Below, piece by piece: positions 37,122-45,654 of a DNA stretch of 64,000 bases (position 1 is its first letter; each line of letters begins with the position of its first letter). The DNA is taken from assembly GCA_964567825.1 (NCBI GenBank), contig CAZMNX010000002.1, positions 62,767-126,766 of the forward strand, given 5' to 3'. A model generated the notes under the pieces. That model searched no databases. It saw nothing but the letters and a program-made list of their open reading frames with translations, and had not been told where the DNA came from. Source of the stretch: an uncultured Candidatus Saccharibacteria bacterium. Lineage in GTDB: Bacteria; Patescibacteriota; Minisyncoccia; Phycocordibacterales; GWA1-40-21. The translations under genes were made by a program, and so were the position numbers.

Positions 37122-38363
37122 TCACAACTGCGCAACTTCCGGCTGACTGGCCGAAAGCTCTGCCAAAACCGCGCGCGCCTTTTGAAAGCGCCCTTTGGCC
37201 TCGGCAAACTTCTTCTGCGTCTCCGCCCTTGCGAGCGAAACCGCTTGATGGATTTCCTCCGTCTCGCGAATGATGCCTTCGATCTGCGCGACTTGCGCCA
37301 GGCGATTCTCGCCCGGTGCCACCGCAGCTGTGACCGACGCATCACGTACGATTTGGCCGCGCGCCCGAATCAAGGTCTGATCCAGACTAGCGGCACTCGA
37401 CGAAAGATTCTGCAGGCTCTTCACCCGCAGGGCGGAATTTACGCTGAGCAGGGTCATCTTGATACTGGCGAAGCGGCTCGAGGCCGTCGTCAAGGTCTCA
37501 CCCAGCGTCGAAACGCCGGCGACCTGAATATCGCGAATGACTTGCTGATCAGCCGGCAACCGCGTGTACACACCCTCCAAGGCCAGTGCCCGGCTCTGAA
37601 GGAACTGGAGTTTGATGTCCAGCTCTTCGATTTCCGAACGAGCCTCAAGGCTGGTGTTTCCACTCAGCGCCTGCTTCCGCTCAGCCACCTGCTGCGTCGC
37701 CTTGGCCACGAAGGCCTCGGCTACCGCCGCAATGAGAGCGAAGTTCTGCCAGTGCACCCGATAGGCCTGCTTCAGCTGTTCGACATTCTGAAGTTCCGCA
37801 ATCAAGCGGGTCACCTCATCCTGCAGTTCAGCCTGAAGCCTGGCCAATTCCTCCGAGAGATCCTTGGTCTTCCCGGAGAGACGGACACGCACTTTTTCGA
37901 GCGTTTCCTGAAGCAGGGTCGCGGGGCTTTTCCCATTAAGCCGGCCGATCAGGCGATTGCCCAAACTCGGCTTGGCCTTCTGGGCCTCCTCGATAATCCC
38001 CTCCAGGTCGGCATCCTTGACTTCCTTCTGCAGGCGGTCAAAGAGCGCAAAAACGGACGCTGCCGTGTTCTTGTCCAGTTTGGCCAAGAAGCCGTCGAGC
38101 GTGGTATTCAAACCAGCCTCGGCCTCCGAACCCAACAGGACAATCTCCTGCCCGTGCATGGTCAGAATGTTCAAACTGGCGAGCATTTGCCCTGCCGGCT
38201 TGAGCTGTTCCTCCGAGATGACAATGGTGCCACCCGAAAAAGGAACTGCTGACGACGCACGAACGAGAGATGTAGATCCAGCCTCGACCACTTCCACCGG
38301 CGCCGTCGTAACGGCACCGAGAACGGTCGGCTTAAAACCCACATTTACTGTCATATAATTCAC
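37122..38363 (-). CDS. TelA-like toxic anion resistance protein (coiled-coil)
   Basis: 413-aa all-helical protein with TelA-like size and heptad repeats, in a TerC-TelA-TerD arrangement resembling known Ter operons; start GTG 38363 or ATG 38354 after SD AGGAGTG. Confidence 0.5.
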   Translation of the reverse strand: MNYMTVNVGFKPTVLGAVTTAPVEVVEAGSTSLVRASSAVPFSGGTIVISEEQLKPAGQMLASLNILTMHGQEIVLLGSEAEAGLNTTLDGFLAKLDKNTAASVFALFDRLQKEVKDADLEGIIEEAQKAKPSLGNRLIGRLNGKSPATLLQETLEKVRVRLSGKTKDLSEELARLQAELQDEVTRLIAELQNVEQLKQAYRVHWQNFALIAAVAEAFVAKATQQVAERKQALSGNTSLEARSEIEELDIKLQFLQSRALALEGVYTRLPADQQVIRDIQVAGVSTLGETLTTASSRFASIKMTLLSVNSALRVKSLQNLSSSAASLDQTLIRARGQIVRDASVTAAVAPGENRLAQVAQIEGIIRETEEIHQAVSLARAETQKKFAEAKGRFQKARAVLAELSASQPEVAQL

Positions 38364-38558
38364 ACTCCTAACTTTTATCTCGCTATTTACTTGTCAAAGG
38401 ACCACAGATCTTGTCTTTTTCCTATGACTCCTCTGCCAAGTATCGTTCGCTTTCACAAGCAAAACCACAATACCTGGGTAGAGGAGGCAAGATTCACCGA
38501 CTTGCCTCAGGAAAATTTCGGGGAGCTTACGCTCCGTTGTTGATGTCAATCGGGTTAG

Positions 38559-39425
38559 TTAGAGTGCCGTCGTCGAGCGCAAATCGCGCAAGGCAACGAA
38601 CAGCTTACGCGCGCCACGAGCCGACATAGTCAGCGGCAGCAGCACGTAGTACAGGACGCGATCCAGGACCTCAAGAATTCGGACACCAACCTTGACGGCG
38701 GGCCCGAGAACTTTTTGGACGATGGTCAATTCACTGTACGCGATGCTTGTCGCGGTGATGATCAGAATGCCGATCATCTTTTGCCAGCTTTCGATCTGGC
38801 AGTGTACACCGCACATTTCGAAACCGAGCTCGGTCAGCAGGATCAGTCCCACGAAACCCACCAGCATGAACGCTGTGTATTTGAGCACGGGGAACCGCTC
38901 GATCAGGCGGATGCAAATTCCCGCCACGAACCGCAGCGCCAAGATGCCGATGAAGACACCGGTGCAGATAACCCACAGACGTTTGTCCAGGGCCACGGCT
39001 GCCACGACGTTATCAATCGACAGCGAGAGATCCATGATCTCGATCTGGATGATCGTGAGCAGGAACCCCTTAACCAGCTTCTTGCCGGTCACACCGTCGA
39101 TCTCTTCTTCGGTCTTCTTGGTCAGATGCTCCGCCGCGAGGTAGAGCAAATAGGCCGCGCCGACGAGCTTCAACCAGTAATTCTGGCTGATGTACGCTGC
39201 CAGTCCGAGACAGATGCCCCGGAAAAGGTACGCGCCGATGATCCCATACCGCAAGGCTTTCTTCTGCTGATGTTTCGGCAAAGCCGAAGCCATGGCCGCG
39301 ATGGCCATAGCGTTATCGACCGAGAGCAAGCCCTCGATGATAATCAGCGAAAAGATGATCGGCAGGGCCGAAACCAACTCAGCCTGACCCGGAATATGGG
39401 CCAAAATGGCATTGATCAGATTCAA
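38559..39425 (-). CDS. terC: TerC-family integral membrane protein
   Basis: TTG start preceded by SD AAGAGGA. Duplicated LSVDNAMAIAAMA and LSIDNVVAAVALD TerC motifs. Several TM segments (about 7). Confidence 0.85.
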   Translation of the reverse strand: MNLINAILAHIPGQAELVSALPIIFSLIIIEGLLSVDNAMAIAAMASALPKHQQKKALRYGIIGAYLFRGICLGLAAYISQNYWLKLVGAAYLLYLAAEHLTKKTEEEIDGVTGKKLVKGFLLTIIQIEIMDLSLSIDNVVAAVALDKRLWVICTGVFIGILALRFVAGICIRLIERFPVLKYTAFMLVGFVGLILLTELGFEMCGVHCQIESWQKMIGILIITATSIAYSELTIVQKVLGPAVKVGVRILEVLDRVLYYVLLPLTMSARGARKLFVALRDLRSTTAL

Positions 39426-39499
39426 GCTTTCCTCTTTCTACCGTTGTTTTGCAACGGATTTTAGACACACAACAATGTCAACTTCACTTTCTAACGGGT

Positions 39500-39527
39500 A
39501 TTATAGCAAATCTATTGCGTTTGTCAA
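39500..39527 (-). promoter_or_regulatory. sigma70-type promoter TTGACA-N16-TATAAT driving terC; copy B of the duplicated 33-nt element
   Basis: Minus strand cTTGACAaacgcaatagatttgcTATAATaccc; the ~75-nt 5'UTR contains hairpin CCGTTG-caaaa-CAACGG before the SD. Confidence 0.65.
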
Positions 39528-39560
39528 GTATAATAGTGACAAAGGAGAAATGTGGGTTAT

Positions 39561-39594
39561 AAAAAAAACGTCTCGCGGGTGGGCCCGCGAGACG
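39561..39594 (-). terminator. intrinsic terminator (CGTCTCGCGGG-ccca-CCCGCGAGACG + T8 on minus strand)
   Basis: Perfect 11-bp stem followed by TTTTTTTT, 28 nt after the DUF4342 stop and just upstream of the terC promoter. Confidence 0.75.
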
Positions 39595-39622
39595 ACAGAA
39601 GCCAGAAGAGCGACGCGGGTCG

Positions 39623-39877
39623 TTACTTCTTCTTCTCAACCGAGATGGTGCAGTCACCGGTGACTGCGACCAGAGCACCGACCGCCGACAGCACCGGCGC
39701 CAAGAGCACACCGGCCATGCCCGCGTAGAGCGGGAAGGTGGCGACCACCTTGCGCGCGCCGTTGCGAACCACCACCTTGCGGACGTTGCCCTCACGAATA
39801 AGATTCCGCAGCGCTTCGAGCGCTTCGGCACCCCGCTTCGTGATTTCCTCAACCACCGTTTTCTTCTTACTCGGCAT
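39623..39877 (-). CDS. DUF4342-like small protein (84 aa)
   Basis: EGNVRKVVVRNGARKVVATFPLYAGMAGVLLAPVLSAVGALVAV resembles the DUF4342 pattern (NVRRLIIR...LEIPLTAG..AGG.L.LFAPVLAALGA); SD GGAAAGGGAAAG. Confidence 0.55.
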   Translation of the reverse strand: MPSKKKTVVEEITKRGAEALEALRNLIREGNVRKVVVRNGARKVVATFPLYAGMAGVLLAPVLSAVGALVAVTGDCTISVEKKK

Positions 39878-39949
39878 CTTTCCCTTTCCAGACCGCTGTT
39901 TAGATCAAGCCCCATGCCTAATCGACAACAGTCTAAGACCAAACTGGTA

Positions 39950-39981
39950 TTATTATAAGCACAATTATTTTAAAAAGTCAA
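39950..39981 (-). promoter_or_regulatory. sigma70-type promoter (TTGACT-N18-TATAAT) for the DUF4342 gene at the right edge of the GC-rich Ter island
   Basis: Minus strand gTTGACTttttaaaataattgtgcTTATAATaatacc. Confidence 0.5.
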
Positions 39982-40023
39982 CAACATCTATACATCTCCC
40001 CTATTTTCTGCTAGAATCACTAA

Positions 40024-41994
40024 GTGAAAGAAAGATACAGAAAACAAGGCAGAAAGGTCCAAAATTCTCCTTCCAAAAAGCCGGAAAAAACTTTAACCGG
40101 AGTCATCAGCGTCAACAGTAAGGGTGTTGGCTATTTTAAGGTGGAAAATGAAAAGATTGATGTGGAAATTCAAACCGCAGATTTAAACAAAGCTTTAAAT
40201 GGCGACACCGTAGTGGTAGCCATTAACGGAAAAAGCCAGCGTGGCCGACCGGCCGGAAAAGTTCTAGAGATAAAAAATCGCGCCAAGAGAAACTTTGCTG
40301 GAGTTCTGCGTGAGGAAAAAGGTAAATTGATCTTGGTACCCGATGATAAGAAAATGTATGCCAATATTTCTATTACCAAAAAAATGGGAAAAGTTGGCGA
40401 CAAGGTTTTGGTTAAAATTACCAAATGGGAAAAAAGTGCCGCTGGCCCGGAAGGTGAAATTATTAAAATACTAGGTAAACATGGCGAGCATAATGCCGAA
40501 ATGCTTTCAATTGTTTTAGAACGCGGTTTTGAGACTGAATTTTCGGAAGCAGTAGAAAAAGAAGCCGAAAAGATCGAGCAAACTGAAAAACCGATTCCCG
40601 CTGCTGAGATTGCTAAAAGAAAAGATTTCCGCCAGACCACCACCTTTACTATTGATCCCAAAACCGCCAAAGACTTTGACGATGCTATTTCGTTTAAAAA
40701 ATTGCCAAACGGCAACTTTGAAATCGGCGTGCATATTGCCGATGTTTCCCACTATGTTCGGGAGGGTACCAATTTGGACAAAGAAGCGTTGAAAAGAGAA
40801 TTTTCAGTTTATATGGTGGATCGTACCGTGCCCATGTTACCAGAAACTTTATCCAACGATATTTGTAGTTTAAATCCAAACGAAGATCGACTCACCTTCT
40901 CCGCAGTTTTTGAATTAGACAAAAATGGTAAAATCTTTAACCGCTGGTTTGGTAAAACAGTGATCAATTCGAATAAAAGATTCACTTATGAAGAGGCTCA
41001 GGAGACTTTGAATAAAAAGACTGGCCAGTATTTTGAGGAATTAAATACTTTAAATGAAATTTCCAAAAAATTAAGAGCCGAAAAAACCAGACACGGCGCT
41101 ATTGATTTCGAACAAGATGAAGTGGTTTTTGATTTAGATGAGAACAATAAACCAGTTCGCATTTATAAAAAGCAAAGATTAGATACTCACAAATTAGTGG
41201 AGGAATATATGCTTTTAGCCAATAAAGAAGTGGCGGAGTTTATTTTCAAGGCCTATAAAAGAGTAAATTCCGACAGCCCTTTCGTTTATCGCATTCACGA
41301 TTTCCCAAATCAGGAAAAAATCGCTCAACTGGCTATTTTCGTGAAGGCTTTAGGTTACAATTTACCGATTGATAAGAAAAACGGCGTAACCGGCAAAGAC
41401 TTGCAGGATTTATTCAGACAGATTGAAGGTAAAGATAATGAGGGCATGATTAAAACCGCGGCGGTGCGTTCCATGGCCAAAGCTATTTATTCCACCAAAA
41501 ATATTGGCCACTTTGGCTTGGCTTTTGAATTTTATACTCACTTCACTTCCCCGATTCGCCGCTATCCCGACTTGCTAGTTCACCGCTTATTATTCAAACA
41601 TCTAAACGATCAGAAATTACCAAAAAGTGAGTGGATTAAATATGAAAAGATTTCCCTGCTTGCCACTGAGCAAGAAGTAAAAGCGGCTGAAGCGGAGCGT
41701 GATTCGAAAAAATATAAACAAATAGAATATATGAGCGAGCGGATTGGCCAAACCTTCGATGGCATCATTTCTGGTATTACCGAATGGGGCATTTATATTG
41801 AAGAAAAAGAAACTCGATCCGAGGGCATGATTAAAATTCGCGATTTAGGAAATGACTATTTCGTCTTGGATCAAAAAAACTATTGCTTAGTTGGTGAAAA
41901 AACCAAACAAAAATTCTCGCTGGGTGATAAAGTAAAATTCAAAATCACGGGTGCTGATTTGGAGAGAAAGACGCTGGATTTAGTGCTAGTGTAA
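40024..41994 (+). CDS. rnr: ribonuclease R (RNB-family 3'-5' exoribonuclease with S1 domain)
   Basis: N-terminal OB folds, RNB catalytic core (TFTIDPKTAKDFDDAISF, HFGLAFEFYTHFTSPIRRYPDLLVHR), C-terminal S1-like. Confidence 0.85.
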   Translation: MKERYRKQGRKVQNSPSKKPEKTLTGVISVNSKGVGYFKVENEKIDVEIQTADLNKALNGDTVVVAINGKSQRGRPAGKVLEIKNRAKRNFAGVLREEKGKLILVPDDKKMYANISITKKMGKVGDKVLVKITKWEKSAAGPEGEIIKILGKHGEHNAEMLSIVLERGFETEFSEAVEKEAEKIEQTEKPIPAAEIAKRKDFRQTTTFTIDPKTAKDFDDAISFKKLPNGNFEIGVHIADVSHYVREGTNLDKEALKREFSVYMVDRTVPMLPETLSNDICSLNPNEDRLTFSAVFELDKNGKIFNRWFGKTVINSNKRFTYEEAQETLNKKTGQYFEELNTLNEISKKLRAEKTRHGAIDFEQDEVVFDLDENNKPVRIYKKQRLDTHKLVEEYMLLANKEVAEFIFKAYKRVNSDSPFVYRIHDFPNQEKIAQLAIFVKALGYNLPIDKKNGVTGKDLQDLFRQIEGKDNEGMIKTAAVRSMAKAIYSTKNIGHFGLAFEFYTHFTSPIRRYPDLLVHRLLFKHLNDQKLPKSEWIKYEKISLLATEQEVKAAEAERDSKKYKQIEYMSERIGQTFDGIISGITEWGIYIEEKETRSEGMIKIRDLGNDYFVLDQKNYCLVGEKTKQKFSLGDKVKFKITGADLERKTLDLVLV

Positions 41995-42002
41995 ACAAAT
42001 AA

Positions 42003-42410
42003 CTAAACAATTATTTGAGTGCAGTGAGCACAACGTTTAGCACTAAGTGGAATTTCACTTTGGCATTCTGGACATTTCCTGGTTGTTGGATCAGCCGGCG
42101 GACCCTTCTTAGAACGATTCACTAGCAGGTTCATTGGTTTAATTACAAAGAAAAACACGGCCGTGGCAACCAGTAAGAAAGAAATTAGGGCATTAATAAA
42201 TTCACCGTATAGAAACTTACTGCCATTGATCGTAAAAGTTAGTCCAGAAAAATCTGGTACACTAGCGATCGCAGCAATCAAGGGGGTTAGAATATCTTTT
42301 ACTAAAGCACTCACCACCGTGCCGAACGCGGCACCGACGACGACACCGACGGCCAGATCCACTACATTCCCTCTTAATAAAAACTGCTTAAATTCTTTTA
42401 GTGTATTCAT
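42003..42410 (-). CDS. mscL: large-conductance mechanosensitive channel with C-terminal CxxC...CxxC zinc-ribbon extension
   Basis: MscL signature EFKQFLLRGNVVDLAVGVVVGAAF; extra C-terminal CPECQSEIPLSAKRCAHC. Confidence 0.85.
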   Translation of the reverse strand: MNTLKEFKQFLLRGNVVDLAVGVVVGAAFGTVVSALVKDILTPLIAAIASVPDFSGLTFTINGSKFLYGEFINALISFLLVATAVFFFVIKPMNLLVNRSKKGPPADPTTRKCPECQSEIPLSAKRCAHCTQIIV

Positions 42411-42422
42411 GGTTCAAGTAAT

Positions 42423-42974
42423 TTATTTCTTTAAATAATCAAGCATGGTATCGGCATCACTAACCTCAAATGGATCGGTTGGGCAATTATTTTTCTTACC
42501 AGCCTCCGCAAATATCTTTTGAATTTTACCGTCCACGACATACATACTATAACGCCAAGAACGATTACCAAACCCTAGATTATCTTTTTTTACCAACATC
42601 TTCATCTTTTTAGTAAACTCGAGAGCGCCGTCTGGCAAGAACTTCACATTTTTAATTTCCAAATCATTAAACCAATTAAGCATAACGAAAGCATCATTTA
42701 CTGACAAACAATAAACTTCATCAACACTTAACTTCTTAAAGTCGGAATATTTAGCTTCGTAACCTGGCAGATGGGTACCAGAACAAGTTGGGGTATAGGC
42801 ACCGGGTAGAGCAAAAACAATTACTTTTTTACCGGCAAAAATATCCTTGGTTGATAAATCTTGCCAATCAAAAATTGGACACACCGAACTACCAGTTTTT
42901 ATAAAATCCTTGTCTAGCAATAAGGTTTTAAAAGTAACCTTGGGGACGGTTTTAATTGTATTATTTTTTTTCAT
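42423..42974 (-). CDS. peroxiredoxin, Prx5-like subfamily
   Basis: Peroxidatic-Cys motif PGAYTPTCS and thioredoxin-fold layout. Confidence 0.75.
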   Translation of the reverse strand: MKKNNTIKTVPKVTFKTLLLDKDFIKTGSSVCPIFDWQDLSTKDIFAGKKVIVFALPGAYTPTCSGTHLPGYEAKYSDFKKLSVDEVYCLSVNDAFVMLNWFNDLEIKNVKFLPDGALEFTKKMKMLVKKDNLGFGNRSWRYSMYVVDGKIQKIFAEAGKKNNCPTDPFEVSDADTMLDYLKK

Positions 42975-42978
42975 AACT

Positions 42979-43245
42979 CTATTCTACCTCAAAAACTTTC
43001 TGTTTAGAAGTCTGACCAGAAATCAGGGTAATTGACGAAGGTGAAGTGTCAAAATAACTGGCTAAAGCTTTAATTATCGCCTCGTTTGCCTTGCCGGCCA
43101 CCGGAGCTTCCTTAACTGATACTTTATAAATCGGTGTATCAATTTTCTTAGCTTTTTCATTACTCAAGCCCAAAGTTGGTTGACTAATTCTCTCAACCTT
43201 TTCTATCCTAGCTTTCGTTTTAGCCTTAACAATTATTCTGACCAT
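42979..43245 (-). CDS. DUF167 (YggU/UPF0235) family protein
   Basis: VKAKTKARIEKV...VSVKEAPVAGKANEAIIKALASYF...ISGQTSKQKVFEV matches YggU pattern. Confidence 0.7.
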   Translation of the reverse strand: MVRIIVKAKTKARIEKVERISQPTLGLSNEKAKKIDTPIYKVSVKEAPVAGKANEAIIKALASYFDTSPSSITLISGQTSKQKVFEVE

Positions 43246-43250
43246 AAAAA

Positions 43251-43502
43251 TTAAAACTCCATTTTATCCCGTTCTTTTTTAACAATCTTATCAAGAACCT
43301 TATTCCAAATGCTTAAATGCCTAGTTAATGGACTAGCAAAAGTGCCAAGAGAAGCTAGAAGTAGAATAACAAAAGCCATCCAGCTAATGCTCACCGGATT
43401 TTTAATGGCGAATAAAATAGCATAAAAGAAAAAATACCAAACTAATAATTCCACTAGCCACCATAAATAATTTTTAGACATAGTTTTATATACTTTAATC
43501 AA
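43251..43502 (-). CDS. small 2-TM membrane protein (83 aa), function unknown
   Basis: Two hydrophobic helices then basic tail; no clear family. Confidence 0.4.
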   Translation of the reverse strand: MIKVYKTMSKNYLWWLVELLVWYFFFYAILFAIKNPVSISWMAFVILLLASLGTFASPLTRHLSIWNKVLDKIVKKERDKMEF

Positions 43503-43567
43503 CTAAAATAGTTCGACCTTTATATCTCAAGTTTATGCCCAAAACGAGCCAAATGCAACGGGACTAA

Positions 43568-44044
43568 TTAATTTAGGATCCAAATAGTATAATTCAAGTA
43601 CGAGGCGAAACTAACCCATAAAATATAGGGTAAAAGCAAATACATAGCAGGCTTAGAAATTCTAGCAAAGGCGATCATCGAAGCCAAAATGGCCAACCAA
43701 AGGAAAGCAATCTCGATTAGGGCTCCACCTGGATTTTGCCAACCAAAAAAGATAATTGACCAAAAAGTATTGAGAATTAATTGCAAAACAAAAATACTTA
43801 GGGCGATTTTTACATCACGACGTCCTAAACCCTTTCGCCAAACCAAAAAAGCGGCAATGCCCATAAGAATAAATAAAGTAGTCCAGACTGGACCAAAAAC
43901 CCAAGACGGTGGATTTAATGGTCCTGTTATCAAACCCGTGTACCAGCCAGGAATTGAAGGGGTGGTAAAAATCGCCCCGATGATTCCCGCCAGCTGCGAG
44001 ACGACTAGCGCAATTACTAATTTGAAAAAGTTATTTATTTTCAT
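43568..44044 (-). CDS. tspO: TspO/MBR (tryptophan-rich sensory protein) family
   Basis: IPGWYTGLITGPLNPPSWVFGPVWTTLFILMG and five TM helices. Confidence 0.85.
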   Translation of the reverse strand: MKINNFFKLVIALVVSQLAGIIGAIFTTPSIPGWYTGLITGPLNPPSWVFGPVWTTLFILMGIAAFLVWRKGLGRRDVKIALSIFVLQLILNTFWSIIFFGWQNPGGALIEIAFLWLAILASMIAFARISKPAMYLLLPYILWVSFASYLNYTIWILN

Positions 44045-44877
44045 TTTGTTTGTTTAAATCCCAAAAGATTATTATTAATAGCGGCTAAAACTTGATCATC
44101 ATGAGCATCGTCAATCATTTGTTCTGGTAAGTCTTTATCCAGTTTAATTTTTGCCAAAATGGCCAGAGTTCGTTCATAAACTTTGGCAACGTCTGGTCGG
44201 CCAATTGATTCGGCATACTGTTTAAATGCCTCAAGTTGAGCAATTATCTCTTCGACCACAATTGCTTGAACAACGTGCATCTCTAGGGCATCTTTATCCT
44301 CCTCCATCCATTTTTCAACCAAATCTATAATCGTTTTTCGATCAGCCCCGATCACCACCCTTGGAATATTTCTTTTTTCACCCTTAAAGCCTAAAGCTTC
44401 AGAAACAAAGTACTTTACGTTAGTTAATATTCCTCGATCTATTTCGTCTTTTATTCGGTCAAACTTCCTTTGTAATTCGTGACTCGAAGTAACATCAATT
44501 GCTAGAGCCAAGTGAGTAACACCTTCATCGACGTCAAGTTCTACAATTGAATCGACACCATTTCTATAATCATCGTATTTTGAAGCCTGTTGTGTCATGG
44601 CTGATTCACCGAGCCAGTTGCTTAATTCAATTTGCTCGTAAACAATCATTTCAAAAACCTTAGCCATTTTACGTAGCATCGCTTCAACCTGCGTGTCCCT
44701 TGCTTCAGATTCCTTAAACTTAAGCTCCATATCGGCAACATATTGCAAGTCGTGTTCAAGGTCCCTGTTATTTGTGAAGTCTTGCATCTTCACAGGATCT
44801 TCAAGTTCCTGAGCTTTCTTAAAGGCATCAGTTAATAAAATATCATCTTCCAAATGGCTCTCAAAAGGATTGCTCAT
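44041..44877 (-). CDS. hypothetical acidic soluble protein (278 aa), translationally coupled to tspO
   Basis: 4-nt overlap with tspO start; no recognisable motif. Confidence 0.45.
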   Translation of the reverse strand: MSNPFESHLEDDILLTDAFKKAQELEDPVKMQDFTNNRDLEHDLQYVADMELKFKESEARDTQVEAMLRKMAKVFEMIVYEQIELSNWLGESAMTQQASKYDDYRNGVDSIVELDVDEGVTHLALAIDVTSSHELQRKFDRIKDEIDRGILTNVKYFVSEALGFKGEKRNIPRVVIGADRKTIIDLVEKWMEEDKDALEMHVVQAIVVEEIIAQLEAFKQYAESIGRPDVAKVYERTLAILAKIKLDKDLPEQMIDDAHDDQVLAAINNNLLGFKQTK

Positions 44878-45001
44878 ATTGCTATAAATTCTAACATAAA
44901 TTTAAAAGAATGGTATTTGACCAAAATCAAATTTTTAGGTAAAGTATTACTAGATCAGTTCGGGTTGAAGAACTCTTAACCCCTTGAGAAGGAAACGTTA
45001 A

Positions 45002-45448
45002 ATGAACGTAACTTTGACAGCAGAGATTGTACACGGAGTAAATGCCCTGGCGCCTCTTGTCGCCGTGGTTCATGAGGTGAATGCACCGGACGGGCTCTTG
45101 CTCGATCACGGCTTCTACCTCGAATTCGGACATGCGGTCCCCCAGGGACTGCACTACGAATTGGAGCTGACCGACCCGACGATCTGGACACATGCCCATC
45201 GGGACATGATCCATCATCGCCAGTCGACACTCAACGAACGTCGCTTCGTGTGCTATCCATTGCCAATGCCAACTCGGGCCAAGGCACGAGACGTCTTCAC
45301 CATCTGGGCGCTGGGAACGGCGTTCACGATGATGCACGGGAAAGACTTCCAGCTAATTCACACCGGCGATAATCTCGCTTTCATGAGAATCATGAGCAAG
45401 ACCTATCACCTGAACGTCGCACACGTTCGTTTCTCCGATCTTCCTTAA
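45002..45448 (+). CDS. hypothetical His-rich protein (148 aa), GC-rich cassette 6
   Basis: Promoter-like TTGACC-N17-TAAAGT at 44917-44945; SD GAAGGAAA; ~60% GC; terminator downstream; plus strand preferred over the overlapping minus ORF because of SD/promoter/terminator geometry. Confidence 0.45.
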   Translation: MNVTLTAEIVHGVNALAPLVAVVHEVNAPDGLLLDHGFYLEFGHAVPQGLHYELELTDPTIWTHAHRDMIHHRQSTLNERRFVCYPLPMPTRAKARDVFTIWALGTAFTMMHGKDFQLIHTGDNLAFMRIMSKTYHLNVAHVRFSDLP

Positions 45449-45467
45449 CCCCGGTCCATTAGGACCC

Positions 45468-45515
45468 AGCCCCGCCGACCATCACGGTCGCGCGGGGCTG
45501 ATTAGTTTATTTCTT
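45468..45515. terminator. bidirectional terminator (AGCCCCGCC...GGCGCGGGGCT flanked by U-rich tracts) shared by convergent genes
   Basis: Nested GC stems followed by GATTAGTTTATTTCTT on plus strand; overlaps the stop of the 40-aa minus-strand gene. Confidence 0.6.
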
Positions 45516-45629
45516 AGCCTTCTTCGCCTTTTTAGCGGCTAAACGAGCGTGCTTGGTTGCCAAGCGCTTCGCTGTCTTGCGAGAACGAGAAGTTTTATTT
45601 TTAATATCTTGTGATGCTCTTTTGGCCAT
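45507..45629 (-). CDS. very basic 40-aa protein (ribosomal-protein-like composition), unassigned
   Basis: MAKRASQDIKNKTSRSRKTAKRLATKHARLAAKKAKKAKK; 18 nt after it lies the next minus gene; below ORF-track cut-off. Confidence 0.3.
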   Translation of the reverse strand: MAKRASQDIKNKTSRSRKTAKRLATKHARLAAKKAKKAKK

Positions 45630-45654
45630 GATATTTAATTTGCTTAATTAATAA

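Noticed and set aside
39426-39500. yybP-ykoY (Mn2+) riboswitch upstream of terC
   Set aside because: The terC 5'UTR from the predicted TSS is only ~75 nt with a single simple hairpin. That is too short and lacks the paired conserved loops of that riboswitch.
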